Source of the DNA: Acidimicrobiia bacterium
GTDB taxonomy: Bacteria > Acidobacteriota > Vicinamibacteria > Vicinamibacterales > CAVVIG01
NCBI GenBank assembly: GCA_016871175.1
Contig: VFZL01000001.1
Coordinates: 128,218 to 192,217, forward strand
Reading direction: 5' to 3'
DNA length: 64,000 nucleotides
The notes beneath the pieces are model-generated. The model saw only the letters and a list, made by a program, of their open reading frames with translations. It was not told the DNA's origin and did no database searches. This document shows, piece by piece, positions 9,874 to 20,707 of this stretch (position 1 is its first letter; each line of letters begins with the position of its first letter). The translations under genes and the position numbers were made by a program.

Positions 9874-10707
9874 TTATTTCTTCTGCCTGAGGTAGTCCGA
9901 CCAGAAGAAGTCCACGCAATCGTAGTCGACAAGCTGCAGATTCGTCTCGACCCGCTTGTAGATCGGCATACGGATGGTCCAAGGCCGTGTGAAAACCTTG
10001 GGGTCCTCGATGGTGGCTTGGTAGTCGATGCGCCGCCCGCCGTCGGTCAGTGTGTACCGTTCCACGACGTGGAGCGCGTCACTATGGTAGTTGCCGGCCA
10101 TGTCGAACCAGGTGCGATCGTTGAAATGCGTCGAATCGACGACTAACGTGTCTCCCTCCCACTTCCCGCGCGAATCGCCCATCCAGAAATCGAGCGGTCC
10201 AGGATGGGGCGTGCCGTCGGTATAGATGATCCGGCCCGTGTGCGCGAATTCGTACGCGATCGCGATGTGTGAGGCAGTCTGCGCGATTTGGAACGGGAAA
10301 GGCATATAGGTCGCTCGCGGCACGCCGGGCAGGAAGCACTTCCCGACCGGATCGAGCTGCGCGCGCTTCTCGTAGTTCTGTTGACGCCGCGCCCTGGCCT
10401 CAGGCCGATAGGGAATCTCGTCGCCCTCGACCACACCGATCCCGCCCGGCATGCCGGCTTCGGCCGAGTGGGGTTCGAGGTTGACGTGGGCCGTGTTCAT
10501 CACCTGCCAGATTCCGCCGAGGTTCGGTTTCCCGTCCGCCGTGCGGGGCAGGCCGGACCCAGCAGCTCGAGCTCCAGGCGCCTGTGCGCCGCCGATAGCG
10601 CCCCATCCGGCGGCGAGCGCCAAGGTGGCCGATGCGAAGAGCAGGAACAATCCTCGCGGCCGGAAACGTGCGAGGCGTGTGAGCGCAGATTCCTTCATCG
10701 CGGGCAT
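9874..10707 (-). CDS. Uncharacterised secreted protein, paralog B (start 10698, 10707 or 10734)
   Basis: Signal peptide ...GLFLLFASATLALAAGWGAIGGAQA. Conserved block MGDSRGKWEGDTLVVD...ALHVVERY...YQATIEDPKVFTRPW. First gene of the co-directional four-gene block. Confidence 0.7.
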   Translation of the reverse strand: MPAMKESALTRLARFRPRGLFLLFASATLALAAGWGAIGGAQAPGARAAGSGLPRTADGKPNLGGIWQVMNTAHVNLEPHSAEAGMPGGIGVVEGDEIPYRPEARARRQQNYEKRAQLDPVGKCFLPGVPRATYMPFPFQIAQTASHIAIAYEFAHTGRIIYTDGTPHPGPLDFWMGDSRGKWEGDTLVVDSTHFNDRTWFDMAGNYHSDALHVVERYTLTDGGRRIDYQATIEDPKVFTRPWTIRMPIYKRVETNLQLVDYDCVDFFWSDYLRQKK

Positions 10708-10820
10708 CGTCGCGGGATTCTCGTTTGCTGTCAATAGCTGTTGTCTTTCGGGCTGTTGTCTCTTCGGGCCTGGTCGGCCAGGTTGGGCTTGGTAGGAGGG
10801 CAGGGGGGAGAAGGGGCTTG

Positions 10821-10869
10821 GGGAAAAACGCCAAGGGCCGGCGGTCTGACGACCTGCCGGCCCTTGGCG
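10821..10869 (-). terminator. Intrinsic terminator of groES-groEL
   Basis: Perfect 14-bp inverted repeat cgccaagggccggc (10829-10842) / gccggcccttggcg (10856-10869) with a 13-nt loop. On the minus strand it is followed by TTTTT (complement of 10824-10828). Starts 70 nt downstream of the groEL stop. Confidence 0.8.
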
Positions 10870-10938
10870 AGAGCTGAGAGTCCAGTGGTTCGCTCGGCGG
10901 ACAGCCCTACGCTGCCCGCACTCCGCTTTCTGTCTGCG

Positions 10939-12905
<1,967 letters not shown>

Positions 12906-12980
12906 ACATTCTCTCCGTCTGTCGTGAAAAGCGGCAGCCCTTCGGGGGGACCGCGCGCGGGAATCTGCAGCCGGGGAGGG

Positions 12981-13007
12981 TTAGCACTCGTCCCAGGCGA
13001 TTGCCAA
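12981..13007 (-). promoter_or_regulatory. CIRCE operator (HrcA-type) overlapping the -10 box of the groES promoter
   Basis: The minus strand reads TTGGCAATC-GCCTGGGAC-GAGTGCTAA. Against consensus TTAGCACTC-N9-GAGTGCTAA, the left half matches 7/9, the right half 9/9, and the spacer is exactly 9 nt. Confidence 0.75.
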
Positions 13008-13034
13008 TTATAGTCCGCGGACTAGCAGCGTCAA
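13007..13034 (-). promoter_or_regulatory. Sigma70-type promoter of groES-groEL
   Basis: The minus strand reads TTGACG (13034-13029), a 16-nt spacer, then TATAAT (13012-13007). It lies ~100 nt upstream of the groES ATG. Confidence 0.7.
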
Positions 13035-13048
13035 GGGGTGAGTGCTAA
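13022..13048 (-). promoter_or_regulatory. Second, half-degenerate CIRCE-like element overlapping the -35 box
   Basis: The minus strand reads TTAGCACTC-ACCCCTTGA-CGCTGCTAG. The left half matches 9/9, the spacer is 9 nt, and the right half matches only 5/9. Confidence 0.4.
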
Positions 13049-13085
13049 ATGGCCGCTTGTGGCGGGTTGGATTGAATGGTTGAGG

Positions 13086-13295
13086 TTACCGACGCTTGAG
13101 TTTGTAGGCCGACAGTTTTCGGGTCAGTGTGTTGCGGTGAATCCCCAGCGCGTCCGACGTTTTGGTCAGGCTGCCGTCGCAGTTGGTCAAAACCCGGCTG
13201 ATAAAGCGCTTCTCGAATTCCCGAACGGCGTCTTCGAAGTTCACGCCTCGCTCGACCATCTCCTCGACCAGTCGTTCCAGTCGTTCGCTAATCAT
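13086..13295 (-). CDS. Small Fis-family helix-turn-helix DNA-binding protein
   Basis: 69 aa. The C-terminal SLTKTSDALGIHRNTLTRKLSAYKLK is a Fis-type HTH. Same strand as groES, immediately upstream of its promoter. Confidence 0.75.
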   Translation of the reverse strand: MISERLERLVEEMVERGVNFEDAVREFEKRFISRVLTNCDGSLTKTSDALGIHRNTLTRKLSAYKLKRR

Positions 13296-13398
13296 AGGTA
13301 CCGCCGCCCCGGCCCCAGCGTCGGGACGCCGTCGCGCCGGTTCGCGGCTCCGCGCAGATCGCAGACCCGGATCGACTCGATGGGCGACAGGTGCGCGT

Positions 13399-14331
13399 TC
13401 ACGCGAGCTCGCGACCTGTGAGCCGGCGAAACGCGTCGATGTACTTCTCGCGTGTCCGCACGATCACTGCGTCTGGCAATGAGGGGACCGGCGGCTGCTT
13501 GTTCCAGCGGATCTCTTCGAGATAGTCACGGACGTATTGCTTGTCGAAGCTGGGTTGTGGGCCGCCCGGCCGCCAGTGGTCGCGTGGCCAGAAGCGCGAT
13601 GAATCTGGGGTGAGCACCTCGTCGATCAAGATCAGCCGCTCGGCATCGGTCGCACCGGGGGCAGCAGTCGGCGGCAAGAGACCGAACTCGAACTTCGTGT
13701 CGGCCACGATGATGCCGCACGACTCGGCATGCATCGCACCCGCGATGTACAAGCTCAGCGTCAGATCGCGCGCGCGCGCCAACACCTCGGCACCGACCAT
13801 CGTGGCGGCCTGCGCCTCCGAGATGTTGATGTCGTGACCGCTCTGCGCCTTCGTCGCGGGGGTGAAGAGGGGCGCGGGGAGTCGATCGGATTCACGCAGC
13901 CCCGTCGCCAGCGGGATGCCGCACACTGATCCGCTGGCGAGATAGTCCTTCCATCCCGAGCCTGAAAGGTAACCGCGCGCCACGCATTCGATCGGCAGCG
14001 GCTCCGCTTTGCGGACGAGCATCGATCGGCCGGCAAGCACGTCGACGTGCTCGCGCGCGCCGCTCGGATACGTCGCCGGATCCAACGACACGAGGTGATT
14101 CGGGACGATCGCGCGCAGGCGCTCGAACCAAAACGCCGAGAGCTGGGTCAGCACCTTGCCCTTATCAGGAATGCCCGAGGCCAGGACGGAGTCGAAGGCC
14201 GAAATCCGATCAGTGGCGACCACGATCAAGGCGTTGCCGAAGTCGTAGATATCGCGCACTTTGCCGCGCCGGTCCGGAGTGCGCTGCCCGAGCGTCGTTT
14301 GCAGAACTGGCGGCGGAAACGAGATAGCCAT
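13399..14331 (-). CDS. purC: Phosphoribosylaminoimidazole-succinocarboxamide (SAICAR) synthase
   Basis: 310 aa. RGKVRDIYDFGNALIVVATDRISAFD, LLARGYLSGSGW-like block and ADTKFEFG motif. Confidence 0.95.
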   Translation of the reverse strand: MAISFPPPVLQTTLGQRTPDRRGKVRDIYDFGNALIVVATDRISAFDSVLASGIPDKGKVLTQLSAFWFERLRAIVPNHLVSLDPATYPSGAREHVDVLAGRSMLVRKAEPLPIECVARGYLSGSGWKDYLASGSVCGIPLATGLRESDRLPAPLFTPATKAQSGHDINISEAQAATMVGAEVLARARDLTLSLYIAGAMHAESCGIIVADTKFEFGLLPPTAAPGATDAERLILIDEVLTPDSSRFWPRDHWRPGGPQPSFDKQYVRDYLEEIRWNKQPPVPSLPDAVIVRTREKYIDAFRRLTGRELA

Positions 14332-14443
14332 GCGCGCGCGAAACCGTAAATTTTACCGTCCGCCTGTGCGCACTGACAACAACAAGATATAGCGTCGACG
14401 CGGTTCACAGGCCGACACCGGCGCTATAGTACAAGCCCAGCGC

Positions 14444-15472
14444 ATGCGCACTCATGTTCGAACGATCGCGGTCCTGGCGCTCGCCGTGTCCCTGCTCGCG
14501 CTGTTTCTCTGGAACGTCGATCTGCGCGGCGTCCTCGGCGAGATCGTGCGCGCGCGGCCCGAGTGGCTTCTTCTCTCGGTGGCGACGATGTTCGTCAGCC
14601 TCTCGATACGCGCGTGGCGCTGGCAGTACTTGTTGGAACCACTAGGGAGCGTGAGCTTCAGCAACTCCTTCCAGGCGACGGCGGTCGGATTCGCCGCCAG
14701 TAGCGTGCTGCCGGCGCGCGCGGGTGAGGTCATTCGACCGTATTTCCTCGCGCGGCGCGAGCGCTTGAGCGCCACGGGTGCCTTCGCCACGATCGTTCTC
14801 GAGCGCGTCCTCGACACCCTGACGGTTCTGCTCATTCTGGCCTCCTACGTGTTCGTGTTCGGCCGAGAGCTCGGATCCGCAAACCCGGTCGCGTTTGCCG
14901 CCATGAAAGGGATTGGGGCGGTGGCCGGAGGCGCGTCACTGGTCGCGCTGGCGGTGCTCTTCTATTTGGCGCGGGACCCAGCCGCGATCGGTCAGGCACT
15001 CGGCCGCCTGGCCCGTGTCGTGCCGTCCAAGCTTGCAGGCTCGCTCGCGCAGGTCGCGGAGAAGTTTGCCACCGGCCTCGGCACCGTGCGCCGACCGGAT
15101 CGGTTGATCATGTCGCTGGCGCTCTCGTTCCCGCTGTGGCTGTGTATCAGTTTGGGCATTTGGTCGGTCGTCCGAGCCTTTCACCTCCCCGTGCCCTTCA
15201 CCGGCTCGTTTCTGCTGAACTCGATGCTCGTGATCGGCGTGGCCGTGCCCACACCGGGCGCCGTCGGCGGGTTTCATGAGGCCGTGCGCATTGGCCTCAC
15301 GCTGTTCTTTGGAGCGCGGAACGACGCAGCCGTCGGCGCGGCGATCGTGCTGCACGCCTTCAGCATCGTGCCGTCGCTGCTCCTGGGCTTGATGTTCGCG
15401 GCTCAAGAAGGAATCAACTTCTCCCGGATGCGGCAGCTCGCGAGCGAAGTCGAACCCGGGCGGACCGCCTGA
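14444..15472 (+). CDS. Integral membrane protein, lysylphosphatidylglycerol-synthase TM-region / flippase-like (UPF0104) family
   Basis: 342 aa with ~8 predicted TM helices. N-terminal pattern [45 protein letters not shown] is typical of this family. Confidence 0.7.
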   Translation: MRTHVRTIAVLALAVSLLALFLWNVDLRGVLGEIVRARPEWLLLSVATMFVSLSIRAWRWQYLLEPLGSVSFSNSFQATAVGFAASSVLPARAGEVIRPYFLARRERLSATGAFATIVLERVLDTLTVLLILASYVFVFGRELGSANPVAFAAMKGIGAVAGGASLVALAVLFYLARDPAAIGQALGRLARVVPSKLAGSLAQVAEKFATGLGTVRRPDRLIMSLALSFPLWLCISLGIWSVVRAFHLPVPFTGSFLLNSMLVIGVAVPTPGAVGGFHEAVRIGLTLFFGARNDAAVGAAIVLHAFSIVPSLLLGLMFAAQEGINFSRMRQLASEVEPGRTA

Positions 15473-15515
15473 GACGGGGTGGCCCTCGCATGAGACTCTC
15501 GCATCGCTGCGCGTC

Positions 15516-15977
15516 ATGAAGTGCCCATACTGCGGCCACCTCGGTGACAAAGTCGTCGACTCGCGCGAGAGCAAGGAAGGCGAGGTCATCCGGCGTCGGC
15601 GTGAATGTCTGGAGTGCGCCAAGCGGTTCACCAGTTACGAGCGGATCGATGAGATTCCGTACATGGTCGTCAAGAAGGACGGCAGCCGTGAACGCTTCGA
15701 TCGGCACAAGCTCATCGCCGGTTTGCTGAAGGCGTGTGAGAAGCGACCGGTGACGGTCGCCTCCCTCGAGGCGATTGCCGATCGCGTCGAGGCGACGCTC
15801 CAAGAACGGCCCGACCGCGAGATCTCCACGCACGACATCGGTGCGTTCGTCATGGAGGAGCTCAAGAAGCTCGACAAAGTCGCCTACGTCCGATTCGCCT
15901 CTGTGTACCGTCACTTCCGCGACATCGGCGAGTTCATGAACGAGCTCAAGGATCTGCTGAACGTGAAGGAAGGGTAA
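15516..15977 (+). CDS. nrdR: Transcriptional repressor NrdR
   Basis: [44 protein letters not shown] zinc ribbon plus an ATP-cone. Confidence 0.95.
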   Translation: MKCPYCGHLGDKVVDSRESKEGEVIRRRRECLECAKRFTSYERIDEIPYMVVKKDGSRERFDRHKLIAGLLKACEKRPVTVASLEAIADRVEATLQERPDREISTHDIGAFVMEELKKLDKVAYVRFASVYRHFRDIGEFMNELKDLLNVKEG

Positions 15978-15984
15978 GGCGAGC

Positions 15985-18264
15985 ATGCCGGCGTCTATCT
16001 CGCCTTTCGTGCCCCGCCCGTCGAGCGGTGCGCCGACGCGGCCCACGCCGGCGGAGCACCGTCCGCTGTGGGACAGCCCGCGGCGGCTGCTGGTCGGCAT
16101 CGCGCTGCTGGCCGGTGCGCTGGCGGGCATCCTGACGGTCGCGAGCCGTAGCGCCGCCTCACCCGACTTTCTCTCCGAGTTCGTCCTCTACGCGCTCTTG
16201 GCCGCCGACCTCACGATGCTGGTGGCGCTGCTGTTCGTGCTCGCGCGCCACATCGTCAAGCTGGTCGTCGAGAGGCGACGCGGGCGTCCGTTTGCGAGCC
16301 TCCGCGGCAAACTCGTGGCGCTCCTCCTTGGCATGACGCTGGCGCCTGCGGTGCTCGTCCTGGCCGTTGGCAGCGAGATCATCCGCACCAACATGGACCG
16401 GTGGTTCACGGCGCCGATGGACGAGGTCCTCGCTGCGGCCAACGAGCTCGTCGGCGACTATCGCCGCGAGCGGCAGGCGCAGGTGAATCGACATGCGGAG
16501 CGCGTCGCACGTGGGCTGGTCTCCGTGGACCTGACGGCTCAGGATCAGCGGGCGCTGCGCGACCGCCTACTATCGGACCTCGCGCTATCGCGTGACATTA
16601 CCCTCCAGGTGTACCGAGTCGCGCCGCTGTCTGGCAGCGAGTCAGAGCTCGTGCCCGTGTTCGACGTCGCGGGCAACACGCTGCCCGTCGGCTACTCCCG
16701 AGATACCGCCGACCGATTGGCGGCCAAGGCCCTCACCGGTGCCGATGAGCTGCGGGTCGAACAACGATTGGCCGATGACACGGCGCTGTTGCACGCGGCA
16801 GCGACCGTCAATGTTGAGGACGGTCGCCCGGTCGGCGTGGTCGTCGCCACCGACGTGGTCACCGGCGCGATCGTGGCTCGATCCCGCCAGATGACGTCGG
16901 CCTACGAGCAGTACAGCCAATTGCGAGTGCTCAAGCGTCCGCTGACTGGGGTGTATCTGTCGTTCTTCTTGATGGTCACGCTCATGATTCTCGTCGGCGC
17001 GCTGTGGATGGGGGTGTATCTGGCGAAACGCATCACGCGGCCAGTGCAGCTCCTGGCGGCGGCGGCTCGCGAGATCGGCGCTGGCCACCTGGATCAGCGG
17101 ATTTAACCCGAGAGCGACGACGAGCTCGGCGAGCTGGCGGAGGAGTTTAACGCGATGGCCGGCGAGCTGGCTCGCACGCGTCGCGACGTCACGCAGTCCA
17201 CCGAGGAGCTCAAGCGTCGCCACGGCGAGGTGGAGCGTCGGCGGCGCTACGTCGAGACGATCCTCGAGCGCATCGCAGCCGGAGTGGTGGCCTTCGGCGC
17301 TGCTGGCGCGGTGACCACCGTCAACGGATCCGCGGCCCGGCTGCTGAGCCTGGATCGCGACCTGGTCGGTCTGCCGGTGCGCGCCGTCTTCGCGCGACCG
17401 GACTTACAGCCGTTGGCGCGACTCGTCGCCGGTCCAGGCCGGCTCACGCCGGACCCGGCCTCTGCCGAAGTGACGGTCATGCGTGACGGCCTGGCGTTGC
17501 ATCTCACGGCGGCGGTGACCCCGCTCGTCGGCGAGCACGGTGCACCCGAAGGCAGCGTCCTCGTCCTGGACGATGTGACACCGCTCATTCGGACGCAGAA
17601 GGTCGCGGCGTGGCGAGAGGTTGCGCGCCGGCTCGCGCATGAGATCAAGAATCCGCTCACGCCGATCCAGCTGTCGGCGGAACGGTTGCGACGGACCTTC
17701 TCTGGTGGACCGGCCGGCGCGCAGGCCCTGGTGGACGAGTGCACGAGCACGATCGTTGGCGAAGTGGAGTCGCTCAAGGGGCTCGTGGACGAGTTCTCGC
17801 AATTTGCACGGATGCCGGCCCCGCGGGTCGTGCCGACCGACTTGCACCGGCTCATTCTGGATACGCTCGCGCTGTACGACGGACTGTTCACGGGCGTGCG
17901 CATCATGCCCGCGTTCGCCGCCGAGTTGCCGCTGGTGCGCCGCGATCCCGAGCAGATCCGGCGGGTGATCATCAATCTCGTGGACAATGCCGTCGAAGCC
18001 ATGGAGCGATCGGGCGACATCATCGTCGAAACCGGTCACGACCCGGCCGACAACGTGGTGCGCGTCGTCGTCGCGGATAACGGCCCAGGTATCTCAGCGG
18101 CCGAACGCGAGAAGCTCTTCCTGCCGTACTACTCGACCAAGCGGCGCGGCAGCGGGTTGGGCCTCGCCATCGTGCGCCGCATTATTGCCGAGCACGGCGG
18201 CAGCATCGACGTGAGCGACAACCAGCCGCGAGGCACCCGGTTTACCATCGAACTGCCGTGTTGA
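15985..18264 (+). pseudogene. NtrY-like sensor histidine kinase (TM-HAMP-PAS-HisKA-HATPase) interrupted by an in-frame TAA at 17104-17106
   Basis: Track ORFs 15985..17106 and 17155..18264 are in the same frame. Read-through gives ...RPVQLLAAAAREIGAGHLDQRI*PESDDELGELAEEFNAMAGEL..., a continuous HAMP domain. Downstream are the H-box RLAHEIKNPLTPI and the N/G boxes. Confidence 0.85.
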
Positions 18265-18277
18265 TGGGGCGTCACCC

Positions 18278-19663
18278 GTGAAGCCCGCCATCCTCATCGT
18301 CGACGATGAGCCGGGCGTGCGTTCGGCCCTCTCTGGCGTCTTACGGGACGAGTGGTACCGAGTCGAAGCGGTGCCGAGCGGCGAGGCGTGTCTCGAGCGC
18401 GTCACGCAGGGCGCGGTCGATCTCATCCTGCTCGATGTGTGGCTGCCGGGGCTAGACGGCTTGGCGACGCTCTCGCGCCTGAGAGAACGTCAGGTCGACG
18501 CCCAGGTGATTCTCATCTCGGGTCACGGCAATATCGAATCTGCCGTCCGCGCGATCAAGATGGGAGCCTTCGACTTCGTCGAGAAGCCGCTGTCCCTCGA
18601 CAAGACGATCCTCGTTGTCCGCAATGCGCTCCGGCAGCGGCGGCTTGAAGCCGAGAATCGCGCCCTGCGTGCCCGCGTCGACCGCACACCGGCGATGGTC
18701 GGGCAGAGCGAGGCGATGAGCCGCCTGCGCGAGTAGGTGGCGATGGCCGCGCCGACCAACGGTCGCGTGTTGATCTACGGCGAGGACGGCACTGGCAAGG
18801 AACTGGTCGCGCGCACCGTGCACGCGTTGAGCCATCGGCGGTCAGCGTCGTTCGTCGAGGTCAACTGCGCGGCTATTCCCGATGAGCTCATCGAAAGCGA
18901 ACTGTTCGGCCACGTCCGGGGTGCGTTCACCGGTGCCGTGTCCGACCGCCGGGGCAAGTTCGAGGTGGCCGACGGCGGCACGATCTTCCTCGACGAGATT
19001 GGTGACATGAGTCTGAAGACGCAGGCCAAGGTTCTTCGCGTGCTTCAGGAGCAGACGATGGAACCCGTCGGTGGCACGGCCCGGATGCGCGTCGATGCAC
19101 GCGTGCTGGCGGCGACCAACAAGGACCTGCCGACGGAGATCCGCCAGGGTCAGTTTCGCGAGGATCTGTACTTCCGCTTGAACGTGATCCCGATTTTCGT
19201 CCCGCCGCTCCGCGAACGTCCCGAGGACGTGCCACTCCTCGCCGACCACTTCATGGCCGAGTTCGCTCGCGAGTACGGTCGCCGTCCGAAACAGTTCGAT
19301 CCGGAAGCGCTCGGTGTGCTGCAGGAGTACGAGTGGCCCGGCAACGTGCGAGAGCTGCGCAGCGTGATCGAGCGGCTCATCATCATGGTGCCGGGCGACG
19401 TCATCCAGGCATCTGACCTCGGCTTCTTGGACCAGAGCGGGCTGCCGCGCCTGACGCTCGCGGAGCCATCGGGTCCGCGACCGACGTTGCATGAAGCGCG
19501 CGAGCGGTTCGAGCGAGATCTCATCCTCAGGACGTTGGCCGAGCAGCAAGGCAACATGTCACGCACGGCGGAGGTGCTGGGGGTCGAGCGGAGCAATCTG
19601 TATCGAAAGATGCGCACGTTTGGGATCGCGCCGTCGCGACGGCCCGAGGACGACAACGTCTAG
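18278..19663 (+). pseudogene. NtrC-family sigma54-dependent response regulator (REC-AAA+-Fis HTH) interrupted by an in-frame TAG at 18734-18736
   Basis: Track ORFs 18278..18736 and 18737..19663 are in the same frame. Read-through gives ...MVGQSEAMSRLRE*VAMAAPTNGRVLIYGEDGTGKE... GAFTGA is present, and the C-terminal HTH is MSRTAEVLGVERSNLYRKM. Confidence 0.85.
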
Positions 19664-19726
19664 GCCCAGGCTGCGCCCCGTTCTCCGAGCCGGTCGGTCG
19701 CGAGCCATGGCGCGGCGCCGGGCTCG

Positions 19727-20665
19727 TCACGGGTTCGGTGGTGTGCGCGCGAGCCGTTCCTCGAGAATCCAATCGCCGCGAAATCCAGTCAGCCGGATGG
19801 CTTCGGACGTGGTGCCGGCCAGCGCCGCACGCGGGATCAAGCCGACGAGCTCGCTGTCGCGAATCGCCACGCCTCGGGCGGCAGCCTCGCGTCGGACGGC
19901 GTCGAACGCGACCACCGGCGGTGTGTGTACGTAGTCGGTGAGGTTCATCGACACCTGCACGTAGCCCCGGTCCGGCAGTGCCAGGCCAAGTGCCTTCACG
20001 GCCGGGAGGCCGCCGTCGCGTTCGCGGACTGCGGCCGCGACGCGTCGAGCCACTTCGAGATTGTCGGTCTCGAGATTCACGTTGAACGCAATGAGCGGAC
20101 GTCGAGCGCCGATGGCGATAGCACCAGCCGTCGGATGCGGCGTTGAGGGCCCGAAGTCTGGAGCCCAGTCGGGATCGCGAAGTCGGGGGGACAAGCCCTC
20201 GAATTGACCTCGGCGCACTGCTTCGAGCGGGCGGCGCGCGGGGGCCGACGCCGCGGCCTCGTAGAGGAACACTGGGATCCTGAACTCGCGCCCAATTCGG
20301 GCACCGACCCGCCGGGCGAGCGCGATACAGGACTCGATCGTCTCATTGCCGAGCGGCACGAATGGGATCACGTCGACCGCACCCATGCGCGGGTGCACGC
20401 CGCGGTGCGCACGGAGGTCGATCGAGGCGATCGCCTGTTCGACCAGCGCCAGGGACGCCGACTCCAGGACGTCGGCATCGCCTGCGTAGGTGAAGACGGA
20501 GCGGTGATGGGTTGGGTCGGCCGACACGTCGAGGAGCCGTAGTCGTGGGACGTGGCGCAGCACAGCAGTCAGTGCTGCGATGATCTCGGGACGTTGCCCC
20601 TCGCTCACGTTGGGAATGGACTCGATCACGCTCGACCGATGACACTCGGCCGCGGAAATGGCCAT
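19727..20665 (-). CDS. Glutamate formimidoyltransferase
   Basis: 312 aa. N-terminal VIESIPNVSEGQRPEII matches the formiminotransferase N-subdomain signature (PN.SEGR). No fused cyclodeaminase domain. Confidence 0.8.
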   Translation of the reverse strand: MAISAAECHRSSVIESIPNVSEGQRPEIIAALTAVLRHVPRLRLLDVSADPTHHRSVFTYAGDADVLESASLALVEQAIASIDLRAHRGVHPRMGAVDVIPFVPLGNETIESCIALARRVGARIGREFRIPVFLYEAAASAPARRPLEAVRRGQFEGLSPRLRDPDWAPDFGPSTPHPTAGAIAIGARRPLIAFNVNLETDNLEVARRVAAAVRERDGGLPAVKALGLALPDRGYVQVSMNLTDYVHTPPVVAFDAVRREAAARGVAIRDSELVGLIPRAALAGTTSEAIRLTGFRGDWILEERLARTPPNP

Positions 20666-20707
20666 GGGTGAATGATATAATCGCGCTCGGGTCCGCGTAA
20701 CGGCAAC

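Noticed and set aside
12981-13048. A single CIRCE element with an aberrant 50-nt spacer
   Set aside because: Closer reading shows that each perfect half-site has its own partner half-site 9 nt away (7/9 and 5/9 matches). The region is better described as two CIRCE-type elements flanking the promoter.
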